Below are positions 46,205 to 47,007 of a stretch of DNA of 47,007 nt, piece after piece. The notes under the pieces were generated by a model. That model was not told the origin of the DNA. It made no database searches and saw only the letters and a program-made list of their open reading frames with translations. Numbering within the stretch: the stretch's first letter is position 1; the number at the start of each line of letters is the position of its first letter. The stretch is taken from contig JAXLNO010000434.1 in assembly GCA_038087875.1 (NCBI GenBank), forward strand, positions 1 through 47,007, read 5' to 3'. Both the position numbers and the translations under genes were made by a program. This DNA is from Malacoraja senta (lineage: Eukaryota).

Positions 46205-46567
46205 AGAAACCAAGACCTGTAGATGCTGGTTTATACCAAAGATGGACACATTGCTGGAGTGACTGAGTGGGTCAGGCAGCATCTCTGGTGAAACAAGTGA
46301 TTTTGGGATGGAACAGAAGAAAGGTTCTTACCCAAAATATCACCCATCTTTTTCCTCCAGAGATGGTGCCTGACCTGCTGAGTTTCTCCAGCACTCTTAT
46401 CATGGTCTCCTCTATATCCCGCAGCTCCGCTCTTATTCCCATCCCCCTACTCGTAACAAGGACACAGACCCCCATGTCCTCACCTTCCACCCTACCAGCC
46501 GTCACATACAACAGATAATCCTCCAACATTTTCGCCACCTCCAACGGGATCCCACCACTGGCCTCAT
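46205..46567 (+). mobile_element. Penelope-like fragment with an inverted terminal piece
   Basis: Decayed hairpin of the Penelope end, followed by sequence homologous to 9270-9440 in the opposite orientation. Confidence 0.75.
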
Positions 46568-47007
46568 CAGAGAGAGGGAGAGAAGGGCAGAGATAGAGAT
46601 AGAGAGAGAGAGACAGTGTGAGAGAGGGGGAGAGGGAGAGGGGTGAGTGATAGATGGAATAGAGTGATAGACAGAGATAGAGATGGAGATAGAGGCAGAC
46701 GAACAGAGCGATAGAATATGAGAGAGAGGAATGAGAGATATACAGAGAGAGAGAGCGAGAGAGAGAAAGGGATAGAGTGAGGGAGAGAGAGAGTGAGAAT
46801 GGATAGAGAGTGAGAGGGAGAGAAAGAGACTGGGTGAGAGAAGGAGCTAAAGAGAGAGAGGGAGAGAGAGAGATGGACTGAGGTGAGAGAGTGTGTGTGT
46901 GTGAGAGAGAGCGGGAGAGAGAGAGACAGGGAGAGAAAGAGAGAGAGAGAGAGAGAGGGGGTCAGAGAAAGAGAGAGAGCGAGAGACAGAGAGGGGGTGA
47001 GAGAGGG
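46568..47007. repeat. (GA)n-rich purine low-complexity tract
   Basis: Directly visible; runs to the window end. Confidence 0.95.

Overview
Repeat-dense vertebrate genomic DNA, almost certainly from a cartilaginous fish (shark/ray/skate). The basis is abundant HER1-type CR1 LINEs, HE1-type V-SINEs, Rex1/Babar, L2 and Penelope elements. No intact host gene is visible. Host-derived content: (1) two recognisable but broken exons of an INF2 (inverted formin 2)-like gene on the minus strand (37839-38282), whose splice donor was split by a PIF/Harbinger-type element; (2) an ancient head-to-tail triplication (about 5.8-15.4 kb) of an unidentified decayed protein-coding unit whose copies show synonymous divergence on the minus strand; (3) two decayed tRNA-Gly-like copies. 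Main mobile elements: a rearranged class I (gamma/epsilon-like) endogenous retrovirus with inverted LTRs and a tRNA-Leu PBS (about 18750-23422); an about 11 kb nested LINE complex (23563-34360) holding HER1, Rex1, L2 and a Passport-like Tc1 insertion; and a nearly intact Mag-like Gypsy element (40012-44755) with mosaic LTRs and no TSD. All family assignments come from motif recognition by eye; no database searches were run.
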